DNA of 64,000 nt from an uncultured Holophaga sp. (lineage in GTDB: Bacteria > Acidobacteriota > Holophagae > Holophagales > Holophagaceae). Positions 21,401 through 29,676 of the stretch are shown here, piece by piece (the stretch's first letter is position 1; each line of letters begins with the position of its first letter). The position numbers and the translations under genes are program-made. The notes beneath the pieces were generated by a model, which had not been told where the DNA came from, did not search any database, and was given only the letters and a program-made list of their open reading frames with translations. The stretch is taken from NCBI GenBank assembly GCA_963664825.1, contig OY761614.1, forward strand, positions 2,272,001-2,336,000, in the 5' to 3' direction.

Positions 21401-22885
21401 TCCCCTCGTGATGCACTTCCGGCACAGGAGGGGCGTGATGCAGACCGCGACCAGGAGGGAGACGCTCAAGGCCAGTGCCACCGTGATGGGCAGGGCCATG
21501 ATGAACTCGCCCACGCTCCCCTTCAGGATCAACAGAGGCAGGAAGGAGGCGATGATGGTGAGGGTGGCCGTCAGGACCGGGACGAACACCTCCGTGGCCG
21601 ATCTCCAGGCCGCTCGAATGCGCGGAACACCGTGATCCAACAGTTCGAGGTAGTTGTCGGCGATGACGATGGCGTCGTCCACGACGATGCCAAGCACCAC
21701 GATGAGAGCGGCAATGGAGACCTGGTGCAGCTCGATGCCGACCGCGTCCAGGATGCCGAGGGTCCCGAGCATCGTGAGGGGGATGGCGAGGGCCGCGATG
21801 ACCGCCACGCGCATGGGGAGGAGCAGCACGGCCACCAGGATCACGGCGCCGATGGCCAGCAGGAATTCCACGCCCAGGTGGTGCATCCGGGAATCCACCA
21901 CCTGGGGCTGGTTGGCGATGAAATCGAGCCTCAGGTCGGAGGGGAGCCGCTGTTTCAGGCGCGTTAGCGCCTCTGAAACCTTGGTCCCCATCTCCACGAT
22001 GTTCTTCCCCTTCTGCATCTCCACGGAGACGAGCAGGCAGGGCTGGCCATCGAAGCGGACGAGATACTCGGGATCCTTGTAGCGCCGCTCGATCTGGGCC
22101 AGATCCCCGAGGTAGACGGGCTGCCCGCCGGGGGACACGTCGATGATCAGTTTGCGGATCTGTTCCTCTGTGTTGAACAGGCCCGGAGTCTGGAAGGGGA
22201 CCTTCCCGGAATCCGTCTCCAGGCTTCCGGATGGGGCGATGGCGTTCCTCTGGTTCAGGGCCCCGATGATGCGGGTGGGATCCCCCGAATACTGGGACAA
22301 GCGCCCCAGATTGCCGGTGATCCAGATCTGCTCCTCCTGCTGGCCATAGGTGACCAGGCGCCCGACCTCGCGAATGGCCCGGAGCTCGTTCTTGACCTTG
22401 TCGGCATAGTCGCGCAGCTCGCGGTATCCGTACCGCTCACCCCGGATGGCGATGAGCATGGCGACGGTCTCCCCGAAGTCCGAATCCACGACTGGTCCCA
22501 GGACGCCCTGGGGCAGTTCCGTTGCCCTGGCCAGCTCGAGTTCGGCCCTGAGCTTGGCCCAGAAGGTGTCGGCCTGCCGGACGTGGTCTTCCAGTTCCAC
22601 GTTGAAGATCACGAGACCCGGACGGCTCGTTGCAAAGGTCTTGCTCTTTCGGATTTCCGGAAACTTGAAGAGGTGGGCCTCGATGGGGCGCGTGACCTGC
22701 TGCTCGACCTGCTCGGACGTGGCGCCAGGGTAGGCCGCGATCACGAGACCGGTGCGGATGGTGATGCTGGGGTCTTCCGTTCTGGGCATGCCCAGCAGGG
22801 CGTTGAGGCCGAGCACTGCGGCCAGGGCGGCGACCACCAGGGTGACGACGGGATACCTCAGGAAGAACTGGATGGCGCGCTTCAT
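18488..22885 (-). CDS. AcrB-family RND permease fused to a C-terminal TolC-family outer-membrane factor domain
   Basis: 1465 aa. First ~1020 aa are AcrB-like (GIVVDDAIVIADN, GIVVRNAIILVD, RRLRPIFLTT); the last ~420 aa are OEP-like (LTLQACLESALERS, DYLPQL, VGVQLSWNLFDWG). No internal stop. Confidence 0.88.
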   Translation of the reverse strand: MKRAIQFFLRYPVVTLVVAALAAVLGLNALLGMPRTEDPSITIRTGLVIAAYPGATSEQVEQQVTRPIEAHLFKFPEIRKSKTFATSRPGLVIFNVELEDHVRQADTFWAKLRAELELARATELPQGVLGPVVDSDFGETVAMLIAIRGERYGYRELRDYADKVKNELRAIREVGRLVTYGQQEEQIWITGNLGRLSQYSGDPTRIIGALNQRNAIAPSGSLETDSGKVPFQTPGLFNTEEQIRKLIIDVSPGGQPVYLGDLAQIERRYKDPEYLVRFDGQPCLLVSVEMQKGKNIVEMGTKVSEALTRLKQRLPSDLRLDFIANQPQVVDSRMHHLGVEFLLAIGAVILVAVLLLPMRVAVIAALAIPLTMLGTLGILDAVGIELHQVSIAALIVVLGIVVDDAIVIADNYLELLDHGVPRIRAAWRSATEVFVPVLTATLTIIASFLPLLILKGSVGEFIMALPITVALALSVSLLVAVCITPLLCRKCITRGIQASTSSQAGTKKFNLLDWIQAQYGKAIAFTMRRKALTLGFGALGIALGALLFAVVPEQFFPSAERNQFVIDLWMPQGTRIEATQAALQDIERHLSQNKDIDHFATFVGESAPRFYYNVNPQQPDAAYGQMVVNTKDAKKTEGLVNRLQVELARIAPEGLVIVKELQQGDVMEAPVEFRIVGDDAARVKEAGRQVEDILRGCPESLFVHTDHFNDSPLVNVDINPELANRLGLTHMGIAQTLAGGLEGAPVSTYWEGDRAVPVILRIDAQHRGSFGAVRGAPMTSPLSQGSLPLGAVATLHPAWQPSRLVRRNGLPTLTVRSFVKPGCYASALQAKVGQRVSKLTLPPGVRIESGGEVENQGETFPMMMIALGISLLAIFLVLLVQFRNLKEPLIIMASIPLSLLGAMLGLVVTANPFGFTAFMGMISLCGIVVRNAIILVDYIKERRRAGATITEAAMEAGSRRLRPIFLTTMAAAVGVLPMILSGSKLWSPLASVIAVGLICSMVFTLLVVPVLYVTVMERRVKGLRTALVVLCLAVATQAWCESPKPLTLQACLESALERSSVTRIARAKVEENRHRLKASRTDYLPQLTGDWNWSRTSTSGLVNIPAGGLGTLADIGPFPSQNVSLDQGSRNLSIGNLTLGQPLTQLLKVRQGDLAAQRDLESAQAELTKAEGEIRLAVQQTYFGILIARQQQAASRTEVAAVEAAQEESRASVKAGNALKVLDLGSGASLLQARQKQIAARHQEADLVGELKELIGCPLEEGIELSPADIQPPIVPPLDSVLDKMLRDNADVRSAKALHEKSLVGIRAAKLDYIPEISAFVKYTNQSGVPFLRSDFTSVGVQLSWNLFDWGKRSHVINQRTAESSQAKENLRRVENRARLDIEKAYRKLEDAKLLLEAADQASQYQSESQRIAMDQREAGLIPPTKLEEARAAAAKAQLEAMQARLGLCLAGAEIERLLGKPLPR

Positions 22886-22888
22886 GGC

Positions 22889-23980
22889 TCAGTTCCTCCC
22901 GGAAGGAGTGGCCTCGACCTGCACGGGGGCACCATCCCGCAGGAAGTTCTGGCCCGCCACCACGATGTGGGCCGTGGCCTCGAGCCCGGAGCGCACCTGC
23001 ACCCGCTTGCCTTCCAGGACCCCGAGGACAACCCGGCGGGCCAGGACGCGGTTCTCGTTGGGTCGGAATTCGAACACCCTCGGGGCTCCCTGAGGGTCCT
23101 TGACGATGGATTCCAAGGGGACGAGGAGCAGGCGTTCCCTGCGGTCGCCCTGGATCCGGGCCTCGGCCACCATCCCCAGCCGGAGGAGGCCCTTGGGGTT
23201 CTTCACGGAGATACGGGCCATGTAGGTCCGGCTGGCGGGATCCGCGGCCGCATTGATCACGCGCAGGGTCCCCCCGAAGGTCGCCTCGGGCAGGGCTGGC
23301 AGGGTCACCCGCGCGGATTGTCCGATCCTCATGGCTCCCACGAGGTTCTCGGGGATGCCGATCTGGATCTCCACCGGATCCACCTGGGCGATCTCGAAGG
23401 CTGGCTGTCCGGCGGCGACCATAACACCCGGTTCTACGGAGCGGCGCGTGATGACTCCCCCAATGAGGGCCCTCAGGCTCGTGTCGGAAAGGGACTTCCG
23501 GGCGATCTTCTCGCCCGCCTCGGCCTGGAGGAGCTGCTCCCGGGCGGCCTGTTCCGCCAGCTTGAACTTCAGGAAGTCGTTCTCGGCGAGACTCTGCTTG
23601 TCGTAGACGCTCTTCATCCTCTGGCATTCGTCCTGGGCCCTCGTGGCCGCGGCCCGAGCGGACCGCGTCTGCGCGGAGGCGGCCTCGAGGCCCGCGACGT
23701 AGCCGGTCGTCTCGAGGGAGGCCAGGATCTGCCCCTTCCGGACGATCTCCCCCTCCCGGGGCCTCACGCTCACCACGCGGCCCGGCACCTGGAAGGAGAG
23801 GCCCTGGGCCGCACCCTGGGGCACCACTGTTCCGCTCAAGGGGAAGGCTTCCGCCTGCTCGCGGGATTCCGGAAGGGCCACCCGAACCCAGCGGGTGGGT
23901 TCTGGATGGGCATCCCTTTGGGAGCCGCATCCCACCAGGGAGCAAAGGATGGCGAGGGGTACCCAGGTTCGTGCGGACAT
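22889..23980 (-). CDS. RND periplasmic adaptor (membrane fusion) lipoprotein
   Basis: AGGAG RBS, lipobox LVGC, LSFQVPGRV, AADPASRTY, LRLGMVA. Confidence 0.88.
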   Translation of the reverse strand: MSARTWVPLAILCSLVGCGSQRDAHPEPTRWVRVALPESREQAEAFPLSGTVVPQGAAQGLSFQVPGRVVSVRPREGEIVRKGQILASLETTGYVAGLEAASAQTRSARAAATRAQDECQRMKSVYDKQSLAENDFLKFKLAEQAAREQLLQAEAGEKIARKSLSDTSLRALIGGVITRRSVEPGVMVAAGQPAFEIAQVDPVEIQIGIPENLVGAMRIGQSARVTLPALPEATFGGTLRVINAAADPASRTYMARISVKNPKGLLRLGMVAEARIQGDRRERLLLVPLESIVKDPQGAPRVFEFRPNENRVLARRVVLGVLEGKRVQVRSGLEATAHIVVAGQNFLRDGAPVQVEATPSGRN

Positions 23981-24134
23981 AACGCTCCTTACCCTCCGAG
24001 GAGGGGCAAGTCGTTTAGAGGAATAAACAGTCCGTTGGGTTTGCACCAACGACATAAGGGGCCGTAACGAAGGCATCAGAAAGGCATTGGTTATTTCGTA
24101 ACGGCCCCTAAAAGAAATTGGGAACGGGCAGTGG

Positions 24135-24695
24135 CTACTTGAAGCGGGCCAGCAGCTCCCGCTTGATGGCGTCCATCTCCTGATCCGTGAATTCGTAGAG
24201 GCCGAAGACATCGATCAGGACGAAACATTCAACGGCCAGGGTGACGATGGCGGCCCGGGCGAATCCGTCCAGGTCGTCTGCCTGCCGGAAGCGATCCAGG
24301 CGGCTGGCGAACAGCTTCCGCCAGGGATCCAGGAAGGGAGTGTCCCTGCGGAAGTCGGAGCCGTAGAGGCGGATCAGCCCCCTCGCCATGTCCGCGGCGG
24401 ATCCCCGCATGGAAGGCTCCAGGCTCCCTTCGATATAGGTCTTGGCCTCCTTCAGGGTCCCCTTGCCACTTCCGGGCTCCATGTGAGCGGCGGCGGAGGC
24501 GAACTGCTTGAGGATCTCGTCGACCACCCCTTCCACCAGCGCCTCCCGTGTGGGGAAGTGGTGCGTGAGCCCCCCCTTGCTGATTCCCGAACGCTTGACG
24601 ACCGCATCCAGGGTGAGGACGCCCTCCCCGTCCATGAGGATGGCCAGGGCCGCCTGGAGCAGCAGATCGCGGGTATCGGAGCTTCTCGTCGTCAT
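24135..24695 (-). CDS. TetR/AcrR-family transcriptional regulator
   Basis: TRDLLLQAA...LTLDAVVKRSGISKGGLTHHFPTREAL helix-turn-helix. Confidence 0.92.
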   Translation of the reverse strand: MTTRSSDTRDLLLQAALAILMDGEGVLTLDAVVKRSGISKGGLTHHFPTREALVEGVVDEILKQFASAAAHMEPGSGKGTLKEAKTYIEGSLEPSMRGSAADMARGLIRLYGSDFRRDTPFLDPWRKLFASRLDRFRQADDLDGFARAAIVTLAVECFVLIDVFGLYEFTDQEMDAIKRELLARFK

Positions 24696-24717
24696 GGTGA
24701 TGGCACCCTTTGGATAG

Positions 24718-24769
24718 AGACCGACCGGACGGTCTGTAAAAAGATACCGACCAGTCGGTCTGTCGTCAA
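24718..24769 (-). promoter_or_regulatory. Sigma70-type promoter with two tandem palindromic TetR operators
   Basis: Minus strand TTGACG (24769-24764), 17-nt spacer, TATCTT (24746-24741). Imperfect palindromes AGACCGACCGGACGGTCT (24718-24735) and ATACCGACCAGTCGGTCT (24744-24761). Confidence 0.8.
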
Positions 24770-24830
24770 GGGCTCTCTGCCATGCGCGGCTGGTCTCCGT
24801 TTCTGGGAGTTTAGTCAGAGGCCCACGGCC

Positions 24831-25670
24831 CTAGCGTGTCTCGATGGCCATGGCATTGAGGCGCTGGATGCGCTTGGCCATGGGGGGATGGGTGCTGAAC
24901 AGATTGGCAATGCCTCCTCCGGAGAGGGGGTTCACAATCATCATGTGGGCCGTGGCGGGCTGGGCGTCGCGCATGGGGGCTTGGGCGTTGAAACTGGCGA
25001 GGCGCTGGAGGGCGCTGGCCAGCATATCGGGTCGGCCCGTGAGGTGGGCGGAGTAGGCGTCGGCCATGTATTCGCGACTGCGGCTGAGGGCCATCTGGAG
25101 CATCATGGCGGCGATGGGTCCCAGGATGTAGATCAGGAGCCCCGCGATGGGATTGGACCGGCCCTCATCGTCCCTGGGCGAGATCCAGAGGGCCATGTGG
25201 GAGATGAACATGATGGCCTGGGCCAGCACGGCGGCTAGGGAACCGATGAGGATGTCGCGATTCTTGACGTGACCCAGTTCGTGGGCGATGACCCCTTCCA
25301 GCTCGGCACGGTTGAGGGCGCGGAGGATTCCTTCGGTGACGGCCACTACCGCGTGGTCCGGGTTGCGCCCGGTGGCGAAGGCGTTGGGCGTCTCGTCGGG
25401 AATGATGGCCAGCCGCGGCATGGGCAGGCCCGCGCGCTGGGCGAGATTGGCCACGATGGCGTGGAAATCGGGGGCCTCGTTTTGACTGACGACCCGGGCC
25501 CGGTACATGGCCAGGACGATGCGATCGGAGAAGAAGTAGCTCACACCGTTCATGATCAGGCCCACGCCCAGGGCCAGTACGACCCCTGCGTCACCGTAGA
25601 GGTAGGAGCCGATGGCCACCAATAGGGCCGTCATGCCCACGATGAGGATGAAGGACTTGAACCCGTTCAT
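24831..25670 (-). CDS. htpX: Zinc metalloprotease HtpX (M48)
   Basis: PNAFATGRNP, ELEGVIAHELGH, SRSREYMAD, LFSTHPP. Confidence 0.93.
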   Translation of the reverse strand: MNGFKSFILIVGMTALLVAIGSYLYGDAGVVLALGVGLIMNGVSYFFSDRIVLAMYRARVVSQNEAPDFHAIVANLAQRAGLPMPRLAIIPDETPNAFATGRNPDHAVVAVTEGILRALNRAELEGVIAHELGHVKNRDILIGSLAAVLAQAIMFISHMALWISPRDDEGRSNPIAGLLIYILGPIAAMMLQMALSRSREYMADAYSAHLTGRPDMLASALQRLASFNAQAPMRDAQPATAHMMIVNPLSGGGIANLFSTHPPMAKRIQRLNAMAIETR

Positions 25671-25685
25671 GGGGTTACCTCCGGA

Positions 25686-27272
25686 TCACACACAGCGTTT
25701 GACCACCACCAGCGTCACATCGTCCTTGAAGCCCGAACCCTCCATGTGCTTGAAGGTGTCCACCAGGATCCGTTCGAAGATCTCGTCGGCGCTGGCGCTG
25801 GGATCCGTCCGCACGGCCTGGATCAGCGGCTCCTCGCCGAGATCCTGGCCCGCCACGTTCTCGGCCTCCACCAGGCCATCGGTGAAGAGGAGCAGCACAT
25901 CGCCGGGCTCCATGCAGGTATGCCCTTCCCGGAAGATGGCTCCGGGCAGCAGGCCCACCATGGGCCCTGTGGGGGAGAGGCGCCTCACGGGACCGCCGTT
26001 TCCCGGGATCAGCAGGGGGGGATTGTGGCCCCCATTGACATAGCGCAGGTCCCCGTTGCGGGGGTTCAAGCTGCCGGCGAAGAGGGTGGCATAGCGGTTC
26101 CGGTCTCGAACCTCATTCATGCGGGCGTCCAGGCGGAGGGCCAGGCGGCCCCAGTCTTCCACCCGGCGATCCGCCATGGCGCGCAGGAAGGCCGAGAGCT
26201 GGGTCATCATCAGCGAAGCGGGAAGGCCCTTGCCCGAGATATCCCCCAGGGCGATGTGGAGCCGGGGATTCTGGCCAGCCTCCTGGTGGGCCATCCAGAG
26301 ATCGTAGAGGTCGCCCCCCACGGCCTCGAAGGGGAGATTGGCCGCCGCGCACTGCCAGCCTGGGGGTTCCGGCAGCTGCTTGGGCAGGATGCGGCGCTGG
26401 ATGTTGCGGGCCAGATCCAGGTCCTTCTCCATGCGGATGGCCTGGAGGCGGGATTCCCGCAGTTCCAGGGTCGAGAGCTGGGTGGAGGTGATATTGAGCA
26501 GGGTCTGGAAGAAGAGTTCGTCCTCATCGCTGAGGCTGCCCAGGGTCGGCTCAGCCGCATAGGCAAAGCCATGGCTGTGGTCCTGGTCCTGGAGTTCCAC
26601 CGCATGGACCAGCTTCTTGTCTTCGACGATCTGATGGAGGGCGTCCGTGGAGAGTGGGGACGGCAGCTTGCCCAGGCCCCGGGAGAAGAGCACGGCGCCC
26701 TCGGCATCCACCACCAGGAGACGGGAGACCAGGAACTCCGCCATCAGGGAGGAGGCGGCCAGGTGCACCACGTCGGCCTTGGTCTCGGCCTCTCCCAGTC
26801 CGCGGGTGAGATCGAAGAGGGTGTTCAAGCGGGAGAGCTGGAGGGCGAGGGCGCGGTTCTGGTCGCTGCGAAGGGCCTCCAGGCGCCGCCAGGCGAGCAG
26901 GGGCGCGGAGATGGAGAGCAGGAGGGGCAGGGCGGAGGGGGCCCAAGGGGTGCGCACTACCAGATGGCCGAAGAGATCGTCGCCGTACATCCAGGGCAGG
27001 CTCAGCCATCCCGGGCCGGGATTGGTGGGGAAGGGCGCGGCGTTGCCCCGGAGGAAGATCCAGCGGGAGCCGTCCCAGAGGCCACCCTGCCCGGCCTTGG
27101 CGATGCCCAGGGCTGTGACCCCCACCAGGTGCACCAGGGCCTCCTCCGTGACCTGTTCGGGGAAGGTCTCCAGGAAATCCACGATGGGCAGGAGCTCCTG
27201 AGCCCCCTCTGGAATCCGCAGGGAGAGCTCCCGCAGGCGGTCGAAGGGGGAGGCTGGAACAGGTGCGTTCAT
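25686..27272 (-). CDS. PP2C/SpoIIE-family phosphatase (RsbU-like) with degenerate GAF-like N-terminus
   Basis: ARNIQRRILP, VGGDLYD, GDISGKGLPASL, NGGHNPP, FTDGLVEA, DDVT. Confidence 0.9.
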   Translation of the reverse strand: MNAPVPASPFDRLRELSLRIPEGAQELLPIVDFLETFPEQVTEEALVHLVGVTALGIAKAGQGGLWDGSRWIFLRGNAAPFPTNPGPGWLSLPWMYGDDLFGHLVVRTPWAPSALPLLLSISAPLLAWRRLEALRSDQNRALALQLSRLNTLFDLTRGLGEAETKADVVHLAASSLMAEFLVSRLLVVDAEGAVLFSRGLGKLPSPLSTDALHQIVEDKKLVHAVELQDQDHSHGFAYAAEPTLGSLSDEDELFFQTLLNITSTQLSTLELRESRLQAIRMEKDLDLARNIQRRILPKQLPEPPGWQCAAANLPFEAVGGDLYDLWMAHQEAGQNPRLHIALGDISGKGLPASLMMTQLSAFLRAMADRRVEDWGRLALRLDARMNEVRDRNRYATLFAGSLNPRNGDLRYVNGGHNPPLLIPGNGGPVRRLSPTGPMVGLLPGAIFREGHTCMEPGDVLLLFTDGLVEAENVAGQDLGEEPLIQAVRTDPSASADEIFERILVDTFKHMEGSGFKDDVTLVVVKRCV

Positions 27273-27282
27273 GGTCGCGGGA

Positions 27283-27714
27283 TCATTCCACGCGCTTGAT
27301 CATGCAGCACTCGTTGCGCTCCTTGCCTTCCAGGAAATGGACTTCGTCCATGAAGCGGCTCATCAGGAGAAGTCCCAGGCCTCCCTTGCGGGGGTGTTTC
27401 ACGTATTCTCCGGGATCGGGGAGGAAGATCTGGTCTTCGCGGATGCCATGGCCCGTGTGCCAGATGTGAATTTCCAGGGCCGAGGGCACGAAGCGCAGCT
27501 CGATCTCCACCAGGTGATCGGCCTCGCTCCCATAGGCATGCATGATGACGTTGGTGACGGCTTCGTCGACGGCAATGGAGACCTTGGCGGCGGTGGCGTC
27601 GTCCATGCCGGCGACCATGGAAGCCCTTTTCGCCAAACCGGTCACCAGGTTCAGGTACCGGGTCTGGCTGGGGATGACCAGGCGGAAGGTCTCGGGAGGG
27701 GGCGCGACTTTCAC
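27283..27714 (-). CDS. Anti-sigma factor Ser/Thr kinase (RsbW-like, HATPase_c)
   Basis: IAVDEAVTNVIMHAY and GGLGLLLMSRFMDEV. Confidence 0.88.
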   Translation of the reverse strand: MKVAPPPETFRLVIPSQTRYLNLVTGLAKRASMVAGMDDATAAKVSIAVDEAVTNVIMHAYGSEADHLVEIELRFVPSALEIHIWHTGHGIREDQIFLPDPGEYVKHPRKGGLGLLLMSRFMDEVHFLEGKERNECCMIKRVE

Positions 27715-28067
27715 TCGGCTTTCCCCGCCAGGGCCTGTCGGGCCTCGCCCTCATTGGCAAACACGCGATAGAGCTGAGTGAAGCCCAGGGTATCGAAGAT
27801 GGCGTAGACATTCTCCTGGAGGCTGCAGAGCAGGATATCGCCCCCGTTTTCCCGCACGGTTTCGATGAGGCCCATGATGGCGCCCAGACCGGCGGAACTG
27901 ATGTAGTTGAGCTTCTGGCAGTCCAGCAGGATGGTGAATTTCTGGGCTTCCACCAGGCTCTCCAGGGCGCTTTCGAACTGCCGCACGGTATGGGCGTTGA
28001 TGAAGCCTACCGGCTGCACCACGGCCAGGCCGTCCGCATCGCGAATCTGGATCGAAAGATCTGCCAT
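27711..28067 (-). CDS. Anti-sigma factor antagonist, STAS domain (RsbV-like)
   Basis: LDCQKLNYISSAGLG phosphoserine motif; 118 aa. Confidence 0.9.
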   Translation of the reverse strand: MADLSIQIRDADGLAVVQPVGFINAHTVRQFESALESLVEAQKFTILLDCQKLNYISSAGLGAIMGLIETVRENGGDILLCSLQENVYAIFDTLGFTQLYRVFANEGEARQALAGKAE

Positions 28068-28166
28068 TCGAGGGCTCCCCGAAACGGCTTGATCCTAGCG
28101 TCTTGCGGGGGGAAAAGCCAGCGGAGCGGAAATGGAGTACTCTCAAGGTAAGCCCCGGGATCCTCT

Positions 28167-29207
28167 ATGGACGACAGCCGCAAAGAATCGATCAAACCCT
28201 TGGTCCGGTCCTGGATCGAGGAACGCCTACAAGCCTTGCAGGAGCAGGTCATCATGACCTGGGAAGAAGGCATGGGGCGCCTCCAGCCCGATGACGCCCT
28301 GCTTCAGAAGATCCTGGATGCTGCCGGGCCCGAGTCGGTGGAGGATCCCTTCCCGGACGCCCCAGCCGACACCGAGAATGATCTGGGCGTGGCCCTGGAT
28401 CTGATCGAATCGGCCGCCAGTCAGGGGGAAGTGCTCAAGAACATGCTGGACGGCCTACAGCCCTTCGTGGAGCGCAGCGCCCTCTTCGTGGTGAAACAGG
28501 GCCTCGGCAGTCTCTACGCCCAGCGGGGCTTCGAATTGGATCAGCCTCGCCTAGGCACGCCCGTGGTGCCTCCGGCCGAACTGGAGGAACTCCTGCAGGG
28601 GCGCGTGCCCAGCATCACCCGTCCGGGTGCCTCCTATCAGGCCTTGCTCGCCCCCTTGAGCCGCTTCGAGGCCACCGATGTTCGGATCCTCCCCTTGCGC
28701 CTGCGCCGGAAGCCCGTGGCGATCCTGCTGGTGGATAGCGGTCTCCGGCAGGTGCTCGATCACCCCCATCATGTCCGGGCCCTGGCCCATGCGGCGGAGG
28801 CCGCCCTCTCCTTCCAGGCGGGCCAGAAGGAGGAGGAACGCGCCGCTGCCGCGCCGCAGCCGGCGGTCCACGCCACCTCGGTCACCCAGCACATCCAGGA
28901 CCCGATCTCCGAAACGCCGGTGGCGCCCCTGGACCCCAAGGTGCGGGCCAATGCCGAGCGCAGTGCCCGGGTGCTAGTGGGGGATATTGAACTTTACTTC
29001 CCCGCGAAGGTAGTCGAGGGGAAGGCCAAAAAAAAGTTGTATGCCCTCCTGCGGGACGAACTGGAGCGCTCCAGGGCCTCCTTCGTCGAGAGGTATGGGG
29101 ACGAGGTAGAAGAAGGCCACCACATCTTCCACCAGACCGTGATCCAGCAACTTTGTGAAGGTGATCCGACCCTGCTGGGACCTGTGCCTTGGAGCACGAA
29201 GGGCTGA
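28167..29207 (+). CDS. Hypothetical protein (GAF-like middle, conserved-looking helical C-terminal domain)
   Basis: 346-aa ORF with host-like GC3 bias; RSALFVVK...ILPLRLRRKPVAILLVD GAF-like strands; C-terminal AERSARVLVGDIELY. Confidence 0.65.
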   Translation: MDDSRKESIKPLVRSWIEERLQALQEQVIMTWEEGMGRLQPDDALLQKILDAAGPESVEDPFPDAPADTENDLGVALDLIESAASQGEVLKNMLDGLQPFVERSALFVVKQGLGSLYAQRGFELDQPRLGTPVVPPAELEELLQGRVPSITRPGASYQALLAPLSRFEATDVRILPLRLRRKPVAILLVDSGLRQVLDHPHHVRALAHAAEAALSFQAGQKEEERAAAAPQPAVHATSVTQHIQDPISETPVAPLDPKVRANAERSARVLVGDIELYFPAKVVEGKAKKKLYALLRDELERSRASFVERYGDEVEEGHHIFHQTVIQQLCEGDPTLLGPVPWSTKG

Positions 29208-29286
29208 AGAAAGGCCAGCAGCCTGATGACAGCCGAGGCAAAGCATGGTAAATCCTTGGTCCTTTGACCGAGCCTTCGGGGGGACC

Positions 29287-29580
29287 ATGGCCAAACTGGG
29301 CAAGAAGTGGAACTGCTTCGCCTGCAATACCAAATTTTATGATTTCACAAAGCCGGAGGCCCTGTGCCCTAAGTGTGGTGCGAATCAGAAAGATGCGCCT
29401 GCCAAGTCGAAGGCTCCCAAGCGGGAGAAGGCCGTGCTTCAGATCGATGACGACTTCACGCCTGAGCCGGAAGCAGAGGCCGCTGCCGAAGATGGCCTCG
29501 AGGAGACGCTGGGCATCACGGCGGCCCGCTCCGAAGGGGTGGACCCGGGCGATCTCAGCATGGACGACTACGACGAATAG
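29287..29580 (+). CDS. FYDLN_acid family (TIGR02300-like) zinc-ribbon protein
   Basis: LGKKWNCFACNTKFYDFTKPEALCPKCG followed by an acidic tail. Confidence 0.85.
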   Translation: MAKLGKKWNCFACNTKFYDFTKPEALCPKCGANQKDAPAKSKAPKREKAVLQIDDDFTPEPEAEAAAEDGLEETLGITAARSEGVDPGDLSMDDYDE

Positions 29581-29676
29581 GCCTCTGCCACGAGGGGGGA
29601 CACGTGCTCCCTCTTCTGGCCCCACGGGGCTCTTCCCTGGAAGATCCCGTCCCGATCCCGTCGTTTTGGAGGCTCC

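Noticed and set aside
23981..24134. AT-richer gap between tetR and the adaptor gene as an sRNA or extra coding region
   Set aside because: No clear structure; the adaptor has a good RBS and lipoprotein start at 23980, so the ORF-track extension is unlikely.
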